Positions 36,573 through 45,890 of a stretch of DNA of 64,000 bases are shown piece after piece. Under the pieces are notes generated by a model. It had not been told where the DNA came from, did no database searches, and saw nothing but the letters and a program-made list of their open reading frames with translations. The position numbers were made by a program, and so were the translations under genes. Within the stretch, counting starts at the first letter, position 1; each line of letters opens with the position of its first letter. Location: NCBI GenBank assembly GCA_017465625.1, contig JAFTVV010000007.1, positions 5,935 to 69,934 on the forward strand, written 5' to 3'. This stretch comes from Oscillospiraceae bacterium. Lineage in GTDB: Bacteria; Bacillota; Clostridia; Oscillospirales; Oscillospiraceae.

Positions 36573-37274
36573 GTGGCAAAGAAAATTTATGTCTCTCCCA
36601 GCGACCAGGGAGGTAACACCTACGCCTACGGCAATACCAACGAAATGGTGCAGTGCCAGAAGATTGCAGGCTTGCTTGTGACCGCTTTGGAGCGCTGCGG
36701 CTTTGAAGCAAAAACCAGCTATGAGCAGGGAGAACAGGCGATGTACAATCGGGTGAAGGAATCCAATGCCTGGGGCGCAGATCTACACCTGTGTATTCAT
36801 ACAAATGCCTTTAATACACAGGTGACCGGAACCCGTATTTTCTACTATACGAAACCCGGCAGAAGCTATGATGCAGCGAAGGCGGTCTATGATGCGCTGG
36901 CACCGGTTACCCCCGGAAAGAGCGACAACATCACACCCAAACCCCAATTTTATGAAATGTACCGTACTGCCGCACCTGCGGTGTATGTGGAGGCGGAATT
37001 TCACGACAACGTGGATGCGGCCAAATGGATTGTGGAAAACGGGCAGACCATAGCCGCGTGTATCTGTAAGGGCGTGTGCAATTACTACGGTGTGCCCTAC
37101 ACAGAAGCGGAGCAGGAAGCACCGAAGCAGGAGATCGCAGCGATGTATCGGGTGATTAATGAGCAGGATAACCGTCAAATCGGGGCATTCCGCAATCTGG
37201 ACAATGCCCTGAATATGGCAAAAAATCAGCTTTTAGAGGGCAAAGATGTGTGCCTGACTGTACGGGAAGAGTAG
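36573..37274 (+). CDS. Endolysin, N-acetylmuramoyl-L-alanine amidase (Amidase_3-like)
   Basis: RVKESNAWGADLHLCIHTNA, VEAEFHDN; C-terminal QIGAF..NA binding module. Confidence 0.85.
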   Translation: MAKKIYVSPSDQGGNTYAYGNTNEMVQCQKIAGLLVTALERCGFEAKTSYEQGEQAMYNRVKESNAWGADLHLCIHTNAFNTQVTGTRIFYYTKPGRSYDAAKAVYDALAPVTPGKSDNITPKPQFYEMYRTAAPAVYVEAEFHDNVDAAKWIVENGQTIAACICKGVCNYYGVPYTEAEQEAPKQEIAAMYRVINEQDNRQIGAFRNLDNALNMAKNQLLEGKDVCLTVREE

Positions 37275-37285
37275 GGAAGAGCAAT

Positions 37286-37537
37286 ATGACAGAAGCAATT
37301 CTTGTGGCGCTGATTACAGGAGGTCTGTCGCTTGCAGGCGTGATCGTGACCTGTATGGCAACAGCCAGAAAAACCGCCCGGAAGCAGGAAATTACCCAGG
37401 CGGTGATGGAGACCAAGCTGGAAACACTGACCCGTGAGGTGCGCCATCACAACAATTTTGCCCAGCGGATGCCGGTGGTGGAGTATGAAATCAAGGCCAT
37501 TTGCCGTCGTCTGCAGAATTTAGAACAGGCGCAGTAG
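37286..37537 (+). CDS. Holin-like/lysis accessory membrane protein
   Basis: N-terminal TM followed by coiled coil LTREVRHHNNFA. Confidence 0.6.
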   Translation: MTEAILVALITGGLSLAGVIVTCMATARKTARKQEITQAVMETKLETLTREVRHHNNFAQRMPVVEYEIKAICRRLQNLEQAQ

Positions 37538-37545
37538 GAGGAAAA

Positions 37546-37725
37546 ATGAAGAAGATTTTAGAAAATTTTGCAAACCTGATTAAGGTCAAGACCATTGTGA
37601 CGTTGGCGGTTACCATCGTGTTCGCTGTTTTGGCGATGACGGACAAAATTACACCGGATCACGTGATGGTGATTATTTCGATGGTGGTGTCCTTCTATTT
37701 CGGGACACAGCACGAGAAACAGTAA
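37546..37725 (+). CDS. Holin
   Basis: 59 aa, 2 TM, C-terminal FYFGTQ. Confidence 0.7.
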   Translation: MKKILENFANLIKVKTIVTLAVTIVFAVLAMTDKITPDHVMVIISMVVSFYFGTQHEKQ

Positions 37726-37759
37726 AAACGGCGTGCCGCTTGCGGCACGCCCATTTTTT
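37724..37759 (+). terminator. Terminator, right boundary of phage-like operon
   Basis: GGCGTGCCGC-tt-GCGGCACGCC + T-run. Confidence 0.85.
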
Positions 37760-37894
37760 GCTATAAGCGGAAATAAAACAAATTTCAGTTTATTTATATA
37801 CTTTATTAAAGAAATTGTGGATAAAGGTTGATTTTAAAACGCTGATGTGGTACAATTGCGGTTGCTAAAGCATAAACAATGGGAGGAGTATGTA

Positions 37895-39145
37895 ATGAAT
37901 ACCTCTATTTTTGAAAATGTAGAATCCAATGTTCGTTCCTACTGCCGCAGCTTTCCCACGGTTTTCACCAAAGCCAAGGGTTCTGTGATGACAGACGAGA
38001 ACGGCAAAGAGTATATTGACTTTTTCGCCGGCGCAGGCGCGCTGAACTTCGGTCACAATCCCGATGCAATGAACAAGGCTATGATTGCTTATCTGGAAAG
38101 TGACGGTATTGTACACTCTATGGATATGTACACCGTTCCGAAGCGGAACTTTTTGGAGTTTTTCCAGAGCAATATTTTAGCTCCCCGTGGGATGAACTAC
38201 AAGGTTCAGTTTGCAGGTCCTACCGGTACCAATGCGGTGGAAGCCGCGGTTAAGCTGGCACGCAAGGTCAAGGGCCGCAGTAATATTTTTGCACTGATGG
38301 GTGCGTTCCACGGTATGACCTTGGGCGCGGTTTCCCTGACCACCGACCGCTGCTCCCGCGAGGGTGCAGGCATCCCTCTGAACAATGTGACCCATATTCC
38401 TGCACCGTATATGTTCCCGGAGCTGGATACCATCGCTTATATGGAGCGCCTGATCACCGATGATCACTCCGGTGTAGAGAAGCCTGCGGCCATCATTTTG
38501 GAATCTGTGCAGGCAGACGGCGGCATCTATGCTTTTGATGTGCAGTGGCTGCAGAGACTGCGTCAGCTGTGCGACAAGCACGATGTACTGCTCATTATGG
38601 ACGACATTCAGGCCGGTATTGGCCGCTGCGGCTACTTCTTCTCCTTTGAGCGTGCCGGCATTATTCCCGATATGGTCACCATTTCCAAGTCCATCGGTGG
38701 TTGCGGTATGCCTCTTGCAATGGTGCTGTTCAAGCCGGAGCTGGATATTTGGGAGCCGGGTCAGCACACCGGTACGTTCCGTGGCAATCAGCTGGCACTG
38801 GTTGCAGGTCTGGAGGGTATGAAGTACTTTGTGGAAAATGGCTTGGATGCCGAAGTGCGCCGCAAGGGTGAACTGGTAGACAAGTTTATTAAAGAGGAAA
38901 TCTGCCCCATGGACAGCCGCCTGAGCTATCGTGGCATCGGTCTTTTGTGGGGTATCGACTTCGGTGCATTCCCCGGTGACCCCGTGAAGGCACTGGTAAG
39001 CGCCTGCTTCCGCAACGGTGTCATTGCCGAGCGTGTGGGCCGTGATAACAGCGTGCTGAAAATGATGCCTGCGCTGACCATTTCCGATGAACTGTTGCTG
39101 GAGGGTCTGCGCCGCGTCAAGAACGCAATCGCGGAAATTCTGTAA
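37895..39145 (+). CDS. ectB: Diaminobutyrate-2-oxoglutarate transaminase (EctB-like, class III)
   Basis: ESNVRSYCRSFP, DFFAGAGALNFGHN, GPTGTNAVEAA, DDIQAG, SKSIGG, HTGTFRGN. Confidence 0.85.
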   Translation: MNTSIFENVESNVRSYCRSFPTVFTKAKGSVMTDENGKEYIDFFAGAGALNFGHNPDAMNKAMIAYLESDGIVHSMDMYTVPKRNFLEFFQSNILAPRGMNYKVQFAGPTGTNAVEAAVKLARKVKGRSNIFALMGAFHGMTLGAVSLTTDRCSREGAGIPLNNVTHIPAPYMFPELDTIAYMERLITDDHSGVEKPAAIILESVQADGGIYAFDVQWLQRLRQLCDKHDVLLIMDDIQAGIGRCGYFFSFERAGIIPDMVTISKSIGGCGMPLAMVLFKPELDIWEPGQHTGTFRGNQLALVAGLEGMKYFVENGLDAEVRRKGELVDKFIKEEICPMDSRLSYRGIGLLWGIDFGAFPGDPVKALVSACFRNGVIAERVGRDNSVLKMMPALTISDELLLEGLRRVKNAIAEIL

Positions 39146-39199
39146 TAAAAAGGGGTTGTCTTCTTCCAAGGCAACCCCTTCAATACCGAAAGAGGAAAA

Positions 39200-40573
39200 A
39201 TGATGAAAATAAAGTATTTTGTTGCCCTGTATGTGGCAAAAAGTGCGCAAACCGCAATGCGGCTTTTGGGTCGCAATGCAACGTTCCTGCCGGGTAAGCT
39301 GGCAGAGAAGCTGTGCAAAAACTTTCTTTCTTATATGACCCCACCCAAAACGGTGATTGCAGTCACCGGTACCAACGGCAAAACCACGGTCAGCAATCTG
39401 CTCACCTCGATTTTGCAGGATAACGGCTACAGCGTGACCAACAACAGCTTTGGATCGAACGTGCAGGCAGGCATTATTTCTGCTTTGGTGGCAGATACAA
39501 AGCTTAGCGGCAAGCCGAAAAAGGATATTGCGGTTTTGGAAGTGGATGAGCGCAGCTCTCTGCGGATTTATCCCTATATGAAGCCGGACTATCTGCTGTG
39601 CAACAACCTGATGCGCGACTCCATCAAACGCAATGCCCACACCGAATTCATTCAGTTTATTGTGGACAAGGCACTGCCTGCATCCACGAAGCTGGTGCTG
39701 AACGCGGACGATATGATTGCCTCCGGTTTGGGTACCAAAGGGCAGGAGCGTGTTCATTTCGGTCTGGAAGCAGAGATTCCCGAGGCAACCGAGCCGCAGC
39801 ACATTCGGGACATTGTGTACTGTCCGCAGTGCGGTGAGCTGCTGCAAAGCCAGTATGTGCGTTATAATCACATCGGCAGACATTACTGCCCCAAGTGCGG
39901 CTTAAAGTCCCCTGTGCCGGATTATTGCATCACGGATATTGACCGCGACAAGAACACGTTTACCCTTCGCCACGGGGAAGAATCTCATACCTACAACCTG
40001 ATTAACGACAACATCGTCAACGCCTACAACTTCTGCGGTGCGATTGCGGTGCTGACGGAAATTGGTCTGACCCCGGAACAGATCTCCAAGGGCTTTGCGG
40101 ACAGCAAAATTGTAAAAACCCGTTATGAGCAGGTGGATGCAGGAGATCTGCATATTACGATGCTGATGGCCAAGGGACAAAATCCCATTGCCTGTGCCCG
40201 TTGCTATGACTATGCCGCCAAGGTGGCAGATCCGGATAAGGCACTGCTTTTGATCGTGGATGATAAAGACGACAATATCGGCAATTCCGAGAGCACCTGC
40301 TGGCTGTATGACTGTGATTACCGTGCGCTGAAGGATGCTTCCATCCGTCAGATCGTATTTGCAGGACCCCGGTGCAAGGACCACTATTTACGGGCACTGC
40401 TGGCTGGCGTGGATGCACAGAAGATTCGCTGTATGGAATCGGCAAAAGACGGCGCAAATGCCATCGATACAACGGTGAGCAAGCACATTATGGTGCTGTT
40501 TGAAATGTACAGAGCCGACGAGGCCGCTATGGTGAAGAAAGTACTGAAGGATCGCGGAGAGAGGGGTGTGTAA
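39200..40573 (+). CDS. murT: MurT-like Mur ligase (DUF1727), divergent
   Basis: VTGTNGKTT, LEVDE, CPQC..CPKC zinc site, C-terminal WLYD. Confidence 0.8.
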   Translation: MMKIKYFVALYVAKSAQTAMRLLGRNATFLPGKLAEKLCKNFLSYMTPPKTVIAVTGTNGKTTVSNLLTSILQDNGYSVTNNSFGSNVQAGIISALVADTKLSGKPKKDIAVLEVDERSSLRIYPYMKPDYLLCNNLMRDSIKRNAHTEFIQFIVDKALPASTKLVLNADDMIASGLGTKGQERVHFGLEAEIPEATEPQHIRDIVYCPQCGELLQSQYVRYNHIGRHYCPKCGLKSPVPDYCITDIDRDKNTFTLRHGEESHTYNLINDNIVNAYNFCGAIAVLTEIGLTPEQISKGFADSKIVKTRYEQVDAGDLHITMLMAKGQNPIACARCYDYAAKVADPDKALLLIVDDKDDNIGNSESTCWLYDCDYRALKDASIRQIVFAGPRCKDHYLRALLAGVDAQKIRCMESAKDGANAIDTTVSKHIMVLFEMYRADEAAMVKKVLKDRGERGV

Positions 40574-40575
40574 GG

Positions 40576-41283
40576 ATGGTTGTGGAAATACTGTTTGAAG
40601 AAGTCTGCGGTCTGTACGGAGACGGGCAGAACGTCAATTATCTGCAGGCCACCTTGCCCCAGGCACAGTTTGTGCGCACCGCACTGACCGACGAGCCGTA
40701 TTTTGCAGAGCATACACCGGATTTGATTTACATCGGATCTATGAGCGAGCGGATTCAGCGTCGTGTGATTGAAAAGCTGCGCCCCTATACCGCCCGTTTG
40801 GAAGAGCTGGTGGAAAAGGACGTTCCGATTTTGGCAACCGGCAACGCAGGAGAGATTTTCTGCAAGCACATCACCTACAAGACCGAGGAAACGGAAATTG
40901 ACGGTTTGGGTCTGGTGGATCTGACCGTAGAGACCGACTATTTTAACCGCTATAACGGCAAGGTGCTGGCAGATTTTGAGGGGATGGAGATTGTGGGCTT
41001 CCGCAGTCAGTTCAGCTTTATGCAGGGCGACAACAGCAAAAATTACTTCCTGCAGGTGCGCCGTGGTGACGGCTTGAATAAAAAGAGTAAATTGGAGGGC
41101 TTCCGTGTACACAATCTGATCGGCACCAACCTGCTTGGGCCGATTCTGCCCCTGAATCCGCTGTTTTGTGAGTATTTTGTAGGCCTCAGCGGAGCGCAGG
41201 CCGAGGCGGCATTTAAGGACGAGGCAATGGATGCCTACCGCCAGCGGGTCAAGGAATTTTCCGACCCGGAAGTAAAATTTTGA
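40576..41283 (+). CDS. gatD: GatD/CobQ-like glutamine amidotransferase, catalytic residues substituted
   Basis: LYGD..N and GP.LP.NP present, but LATGNA replaces the ICGG-type Cys motif and NLLGP replaces HGP. Confidence 0.75.
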   Translation: MVVEILFEEVCGLYGDGQNVNYLQATLPQAQFVRTALTDEPYFAEHTPDLIYIGSMSERIQRRVIEKLRPYTARLEELVEKDVPILATGNAGEIFCKHITYKTEETEIDGLGLVDLTVETDYFNRYNGKVLADFEGMEIVGFRSQFSFMQGDNSKNYFLQVRRGDGLNKKSKLEGFRVHNLIGTNLLGPILPLNPLFCEYFVGLSGAQAEAAFKDEAMDAYRQRVKEFSDPEVKF

Positions 41284-41320
41284 CGGTTGACGGTTGGCGG
41301 AAAATGTTGCGTCTACCGCC

Positions 41321-41344
41321 GTGGGGGCAGATATCATCTGCCCG
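41321..41344 (+). repeat. REP-like palindrome
   Basis: GTGGGGGCAGATATCATCTGCCCG, one mismatch to the rc of 50637-50660. Confidence 0.65.
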
Positions 41345-41577
41345 TCGTTTCCCGGCTACGGCAGGGAAAAACAAATACAGAATATAGAATAAGGGAATGT
41401 GGGGGAGTGACCTTGCATTCCCTTTTTTTATGTAAAATGTGAAATGTTTGGGAATATGGTCTTTTTCACGGGGATTGCGTTGACAGTGTATGCAAAATGT
41501 GTTACAATCTTGTTACTTACATTGGGGAGAAATGCCAACAGATAAAGATTCCCGATTTCGTATGGAGAGAAATACAG

Positions 41578-42255
41578 ATGATTGAATTTAACAATGTAGT
41601 GAAGTCCTATTCTGAGGGCAATCAGGCTTTGCGTGGTGTGTCTATGCAGATTGAGGACGGTGAATTTGCATATTTGGTTGGCCCTTCCGGCTCGGGAAAG
41701 TCCACCATCATTCGGCTGATTACCGGTGAGCTTCGTCCCACCTCCGGCACGGTGCACGTCAACGGCTACTCTTTGGAGCGTATCCGCAAAAAGGAACTGC
41801 CCTTTATGCGCCGCACAGTTGGTGTAGTGTTTCAGGATTTTCGACTGATTCAGGATATGACGGTGTACGATAACGTGGCGTTTGCTATGCGTGTGGTAGG
41901 CGCACGGGAGAAGGACATCAAGGAGCGCATCCCCTACGTGCTGGAGCTGGTTGGTTTGGAGAATAAGAGCAACCGTCACCCCAACACCCTTTCCGGTGGT
42001 GAGCAGCAGCGTTTGGCCATTGCCAGAGCCTTGGTGAACAACCCCTCCACCATCATTGCCGACGAGCCTACCGGTAACTTGGACCCTGCCCGTTCTGTGG
42101 AAATTATGAGCCTTTTGCAGGAGATCAATGCCTTGGGCACCACTATGCTGGTGGTCACCCACGAGCAGGATTTGGTAGAACGGTTTCAAAAGCGTGTCAT
42201 TGTCATCAACGACGGTTTGATTGCCAGTGACGGAATGGGTGGGTATCAGCTATGA
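41578..42255 (+). CDS. ftsE: Cell division ATPase FtsE
   Basis: GPSGSGKST, VVFQDFRL, ADEPTGNLDP; upstream of ftsX. Confidence 0.92.
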   Translation: MIEFNNVVKSYSEGNQALRGVSMQIEDGEFAYLVGPSGSGKSTIIRLITGELRPTSGTVHVNGYSLERIRKKELPFMRRTVGVVFQDFRLIQDMTVYDNVAFAMRVVGAREKDIKERIPYVLELVGLENKSNRHPNTLSGGEQQRLAIARALVNNPSTIIADEPTGNLDPARSVEIMSLLQEINALGTTMLVVTHEQDLVERFQKRVIVINDGLIASDGMGGYQL

Positions 42256-43130
42256 AATTAAATAACTTCGGATACTTACTGAAACAGGGCTTCCGTGGTA
42301 TTTTTCGCCGCGGCTTTATGTCCTTTGCCGCCATTTGCGTAACGGTGGCCTGCTTGCTGATTGTGGGTACATTCTCTGCGGTGATGTACAACCTGAATAT
42401 CATCGTCAGTGATTTGAATAAGAATACAGAGCTTTTGGTGTTCGTGGATGAGACTCTGACCGATGCAGAAGCAAGAAGTGTGGGCTCGAATATCAACTTG
42501 GTGGATAATGTGGCAAACAGCATTCCCATTACCCGGGAAGAGGCAATGCAGAATTTTGCCGCCGACTACGACTATGATGTGGACGCAGGCTTAGACCCCA
42601 CCATTTTCCGCCATCGCTTCCGCGTTTCCTTGGTGGACAACCGTCTGCTCCACGAAACAATGGAAAAGCTCTACCAAGTCCCCGGTGTGGCCAATATCAG
42701 CGCGCCCGAGGCCATTATGGAAAACTTCACCCTGATGCAGGATATTCTGCTGATGGTTTCTTTGGTGATTATCGGCATACTGCTGGTGGTGAGCCTTTTG
42801 ATTATTTCCAACACGGTCAAGCTGGCAATGTACGACCGTCGGGACGAAATCGCTATTATGAGAATGGTTGGTGCGACCAACGGCTTCATCCGCTTCCCCT
42901 TCGTGGTGCAGGGCTTTGTGCTGGGTATGGTAGGCGCAGGACTGGCCTTTGGTTTGGAATGGCTGATGTACGATAACTTGCTTGCCACCATCGGGCAGAC
43001 CCTGAAGTGGCTGAACTTTGTGCCCTTCTCTGAACTGCTGCTGCCTATGCTTTTGGTGTTTGGCGGTGCAGGATTGTTTGTGGGCGTGGTAGGAAGCTGG
43101 ACGTCTATTCGCAAGTTTATGAATGTGTGA
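42252..43130 (+). CDS. ftsX: Cell division permease FtsX
   Basis: ISNTVKL..RRDEIAIMRMVGAT..FIRFPF. Confidence 0.92.
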   Translation: MKLNNFGYLLKQGFRGIFRRGFMSFAAICVTVACLLIVGTFSAVMYNLNIIVSDLNKNTELLVFVDETLTDAEARSVGSNINLVDNVANSIPITREEAMQNFAADYDYDVDAGLDPTIFRHRFRVSLVDNRLLHETMEKLYQVPGVANISAPEAIMENFTLMQDILLMVSLVIIGILLVVSLLIISNTVKLAMYDRRDEIAIMRMVGATNGFIRFPFVVQGFVLGMVGAGLAFGLEWLMYDNLLATIGQTLKWLNFVPFSELLLPMLLVFGGAGLFVGVVGSWTSIRKFMNV

Positions 43131-43137
43131 GGACTCT

Positions 43138-44379
43138 ATGAAAAAGAAACATTTATTGTCCGTTTGTTCCCTGTTTTTGGTGATGATGCTGCTGATGGGA
43201 ATGGTTGACGGTGCGAAGCCTGAAATGGCAAAGGCCGCATCCTCCGGTGAAATCAAGCAGCAGCTGGACAAACTGGAAGAAGAAAACGACAAGCTGGAAG
43301 CGGAGCTGAAGGATCTGCGCGGCTCTCTGCAGGAGACGGAAAACGAAATGGCACGCCTGGTTGCCCAAAAGGATTTGGTGGATCGGGAGATCGTTTTGCT
43401 CACCCAGCAGGCTGAAAACCTGAATACCCAAATTTCCACCTATGCACTGTTGATTGCTGATAAGCAGGATGAGCTGGATCGGGCGGAAAGCCGCCTGGCG
43501 GAGATGCAGGAACGCAGCAAGCTGCGTATTCGCGCAATGGAGGAAAACGGCAAGCTGTCCTATTGGGCGGTGCTGTTTAACGCCAACAGCTTTGCCGATA
43601 TGCTGGACCGCATGGAAATGGTACGGGAAATTGCAGCGGCAGACGAAAAGTGCTTGGAGGATTTGCAAAAAGCCGCCAAGGAAGTTGCTGCCGCCAAGGA
43701 AGAGATGACCCAGATGTTGACCGATCTGCAAAGCCGCCGTGGAGAGCTGGCGGTGCTGGAAGCAGAGCTGGACGAAAAGCGGGCAGAAACAGACCGCTTG
43801 CTGCAGGATCTGCGCGCCAGAGGTGCAGAATTTGAAGAAATGATTGAGCAATCCGAGCTGATGCAGGAAGAGCTGATGGAAGAGATTGCCAACAAAAAGG
43901 ACGAATACGAGGATCAGAAATATAAGGAGTGGCTGTCCACCTCCAAGCCCTCCGGCGGCAGTGGCTACAGTCCCGAAAGCAATGCCACCTGGGTACAGCC
44001 CTGTAAGTTCACCTACATATCCAGTCCTTTCGGTATGCGTGACCATCCCATTGACGGCGTATACAGAATGCACAATGGCGTAGACATTCCCGGTGCTTCC
44101 GGTACGCCCATTTACGCCACCAGAAGCGGCTATGTATCTGTGGCGGCCTACCAGGCCGGCGGTGCAGGCAACTATGTGTCGCTGAATCACGGTGACGGTT
44201 TTGGCTCGATTTATATGCATATGACCCATTATATTGTGTCTGTGGGTCAGTATGTTTCTGCCGGTCAGGTCATAGGATATATGGGCACAACAGGCGGTTC
44301 TACCGGTGTGCATCTGCACTTTGGTATCTTCTATAACGGCACCTACGTAAACCCCTGTAACTATGTAAACTTCAGATAA
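43138..44379 (+). CDS. Coiled-coil M23 peptidase (EnvC/CwlO-like)
   Basis: Signal peptide, long coiled coil, HNGVD, YMHM, TGVHLHF. Confidence 0.88.
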   Translation: MKKKHLLSVCSLFLVMMLLMGMVDGAKPEMAKAASSGEIKQQLDKLEEENDKLEAELKDLRGSLQETENEMARLVAQKDLVDREIVLLTQQAENLNTQISTYALLIADKQDELDRAESRLAEMQERSKLRIRAMEENGKLSYWAVLFNANSFADMLDRMEMVREIAAADEKCLEDLQKAAKEVAAAKEEMTQMLTDLQSRRGELAVLEAELDEKRAETDRLLQDLRARGAEFEEMIEQSELMQEELMEEIANKKDEYEDQKYKEWLSTSKPSGGSGYSPESNATWVQPCKFTYISSPFGMRDHPIDGVYRMHNGVDIPGASGTPIYATRSGYVSVAAYQAGGAGNYVSLNHGDGFGSIYMHMTHYIVSVGQYVSAGQVIGYMGTTGGSTGVHLHFGIFYNGTYVNPCNYVNFR

Positions 44380-44394
44380 TAAGGAGCATTCGTT

Positions 44395-44481
44395 ATGCAG
44401 AAGAAATTTGCCGCAATTATGGCAATCACACTGGTTGCAGTGATGGTTTTGGGTATGATTGCGATGATTGCAGGCCGTTAA
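44395..44481 (+). CDS. 28-aa single-TM small protein (not in ORF track)
   Basis: AAGGAG RBS; MQKKFAAIMAITLVAVMVLGMIAMIAGR*. Confidence 0.55.
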   Translation: MQKKFAAIMAITLVAVMVLGMIAMIAGR

Positions 44482-44541
44482 AATTGTAGACCTATCCCCA
44501 CGGCCGAAAGGCTGTGGGGCTTGGACTATGGAGGAAATGAA

Positions 44542-45741
44542 ATGAACGAAGAAAACAGAAGCACAGGCTCTTTTGGTAGAGTGGTCTCTTATTTTATAGT
44601 GGCGATTGTAGCCAGCCTGATGACTTTTTACAGCGTCAAGTCTTCCCCTGCCACACAGCAGAATACGCAGGGTATCAGCAAGCTTCAGGAATTGCAGTCC
44701 CTGTTGGATCAAATGTATATCGGTGAGATTGATCAGGGATATATGATCGATATGGCCGCCGCCGGTATGGTGCAGGGCATTGAGGATCGGTGGAGCTACT
44801 ATTTGCCCGCAAGTGAGATGCAGGCTTATCACGATTCTATGGCCAACAGCTATGTGGGTATTGGCATAACGGTTGCCCGCCTGGAGGACGGAAGCGGCTT
44901 TCAGGTGCAGCGGGTAGAGCCGGACAGTCCTGCTCAGAAAAGCGGGATTTTGCCGATGGATGTGATTATTGGCGTGGATGGCGTTATGGTTCCCGACGTG
45001 GGGATGGACGCGGCATTGGATATGGTTTCCGGTGAGCAGGGGACAGATGTGAAGCTGACAGTCCTCCGTGACGAAACCCAAACGGAAGTGATCGTCACCA
45101 GAGATTTGGTGCTGGTGGAGGTTGCTTACGGAAAAATGGTTACCGATCAGATCGGCTATGTCCACATCACCAATTTTGACAGCCGATGTGCTCAGGAGAG
45201 CATCGCGGCGATCGAATCTCTGATGGAGCAGGGTGCGCAGGCGCTGATTTTTGATGTGCGCTTCAATCCCGGCGGATACCGTCACGAATTGGTGAAGCTG
45301 TTGGATTATCTGCTTCCCAAGGGTGATCTGTTCAAAAGCGTGGACTACAGGGGACGGGAGCAGGTGGATGTTTCCGATGCGTCCTGTGTAGAGGTACCCA
45401 TGGCGGTGCTGATCAATGGCGACAGCTACTCTGCCGCGGAATTCTTTGCTGCTGCCCTGAAGGAATACGATTATGCCGTGACGGTGGGGCAAAATACCAC
45501 CGGTAAGGGCTACTTCCAGCAGCTGTATAATCTGTCCGACGGCTCAGCGGTCAATCTCTCCGTTGGTAAATATTTTACCCCTAATGGTGTCAGTCTGGCA
45601 GAGGTTGGCGGCTTGAAGGTGGATATACCTGTGGACGTGGACCTGGAGACTGCCGCATTGATTTACGGGCAAATGCTTCCCGAACAAGACGATGCACAGC
45701 TGCAGGCTGCCGTTGCGGCAATGCAGGAAAAGCTGAATTAA
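44542..45741 (+). CDS. S41 C-terminal processing peptidase (CtpA-like)
   Basis: PDZ GIG, DVRFNPGG, SYSAAE, TTGKG. Confidence 0.9.
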   Translation: MNEENRSTGSFGRVVSYFIVAIVASLMTFYSVKSSPATQQNTQGISKLQELQSLLDQMYIGEIDQGYMIDMAAAGMVQGIEDRWSYYLPASEMQAYHDSMANSYVGIGITVARLEDGSGFQVQRVEPDSPAQKSGILPMDVIIGVDGVMVPDVGMDAALDMVSGEQGTDVKLTVLRDETQTEVIVTRDLVLVEVAYGKMVTDQIGYVHITNFDSRCAQESIAAIESLMEQGAQALIFDVRFNPGGYRHELVKLLDYLLPKGDLFKSVDYRGREQVDVSDASCVEVPMAVLINGDSYSAAEFFAAALKEYDYAVTVGQNTTGKGYFQQLYNLSDGSAVNLSVGKYFTPNGVSLAEVGGLKVDIPVDVDLETAALIYGQMLPEQDDAQLQAAVAAMQEKLN

Positions 45742-45890
45742 AAAACAGGCTGTGAAGAAAGGTTTTCTTTACAGCCTGTTTTTTGATGTAAATGGGGCGG
45801 TTTTCCCATATTTTATGCTTGACGAATGGATGGCTTTCCAATATAATGTAGGGAGATATGTAATTTTTTCAACAAGAAAGGATCACCACT

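Larger units (their letters stand above)
22631..37725 (+). other. Head-tail-lysis phage-like gene cluster without lysogeny or replication modules (GTA-like/defective prophage)
   Basis: About 19 contiguous co-oriented genes from terS to holin, bounded by terminators and host genes. Confidence 0.85.

Noticed and set aside
22631-37725. Tailocin (headless bacteriocin)
   Set aside because: Terminase, portal, scaffold and capsid genes are all intact; a PBSX-like killer particle remains possible, however.
22500-37800. Complete inducible prophage using the integrase at 60259-61452
   Set aside because: The integrase is more than 22 kb away beyond core genes (ftsEX, lysS, metK) and belongs to a compositionally different tRNA-linked element; no att repeats were seen at the cluster ends.
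37895-39145. Ectoine biosynthesis operon
   Set aside because: No ectA or ectC adjacent; the neighbours are murT/gatD-like.
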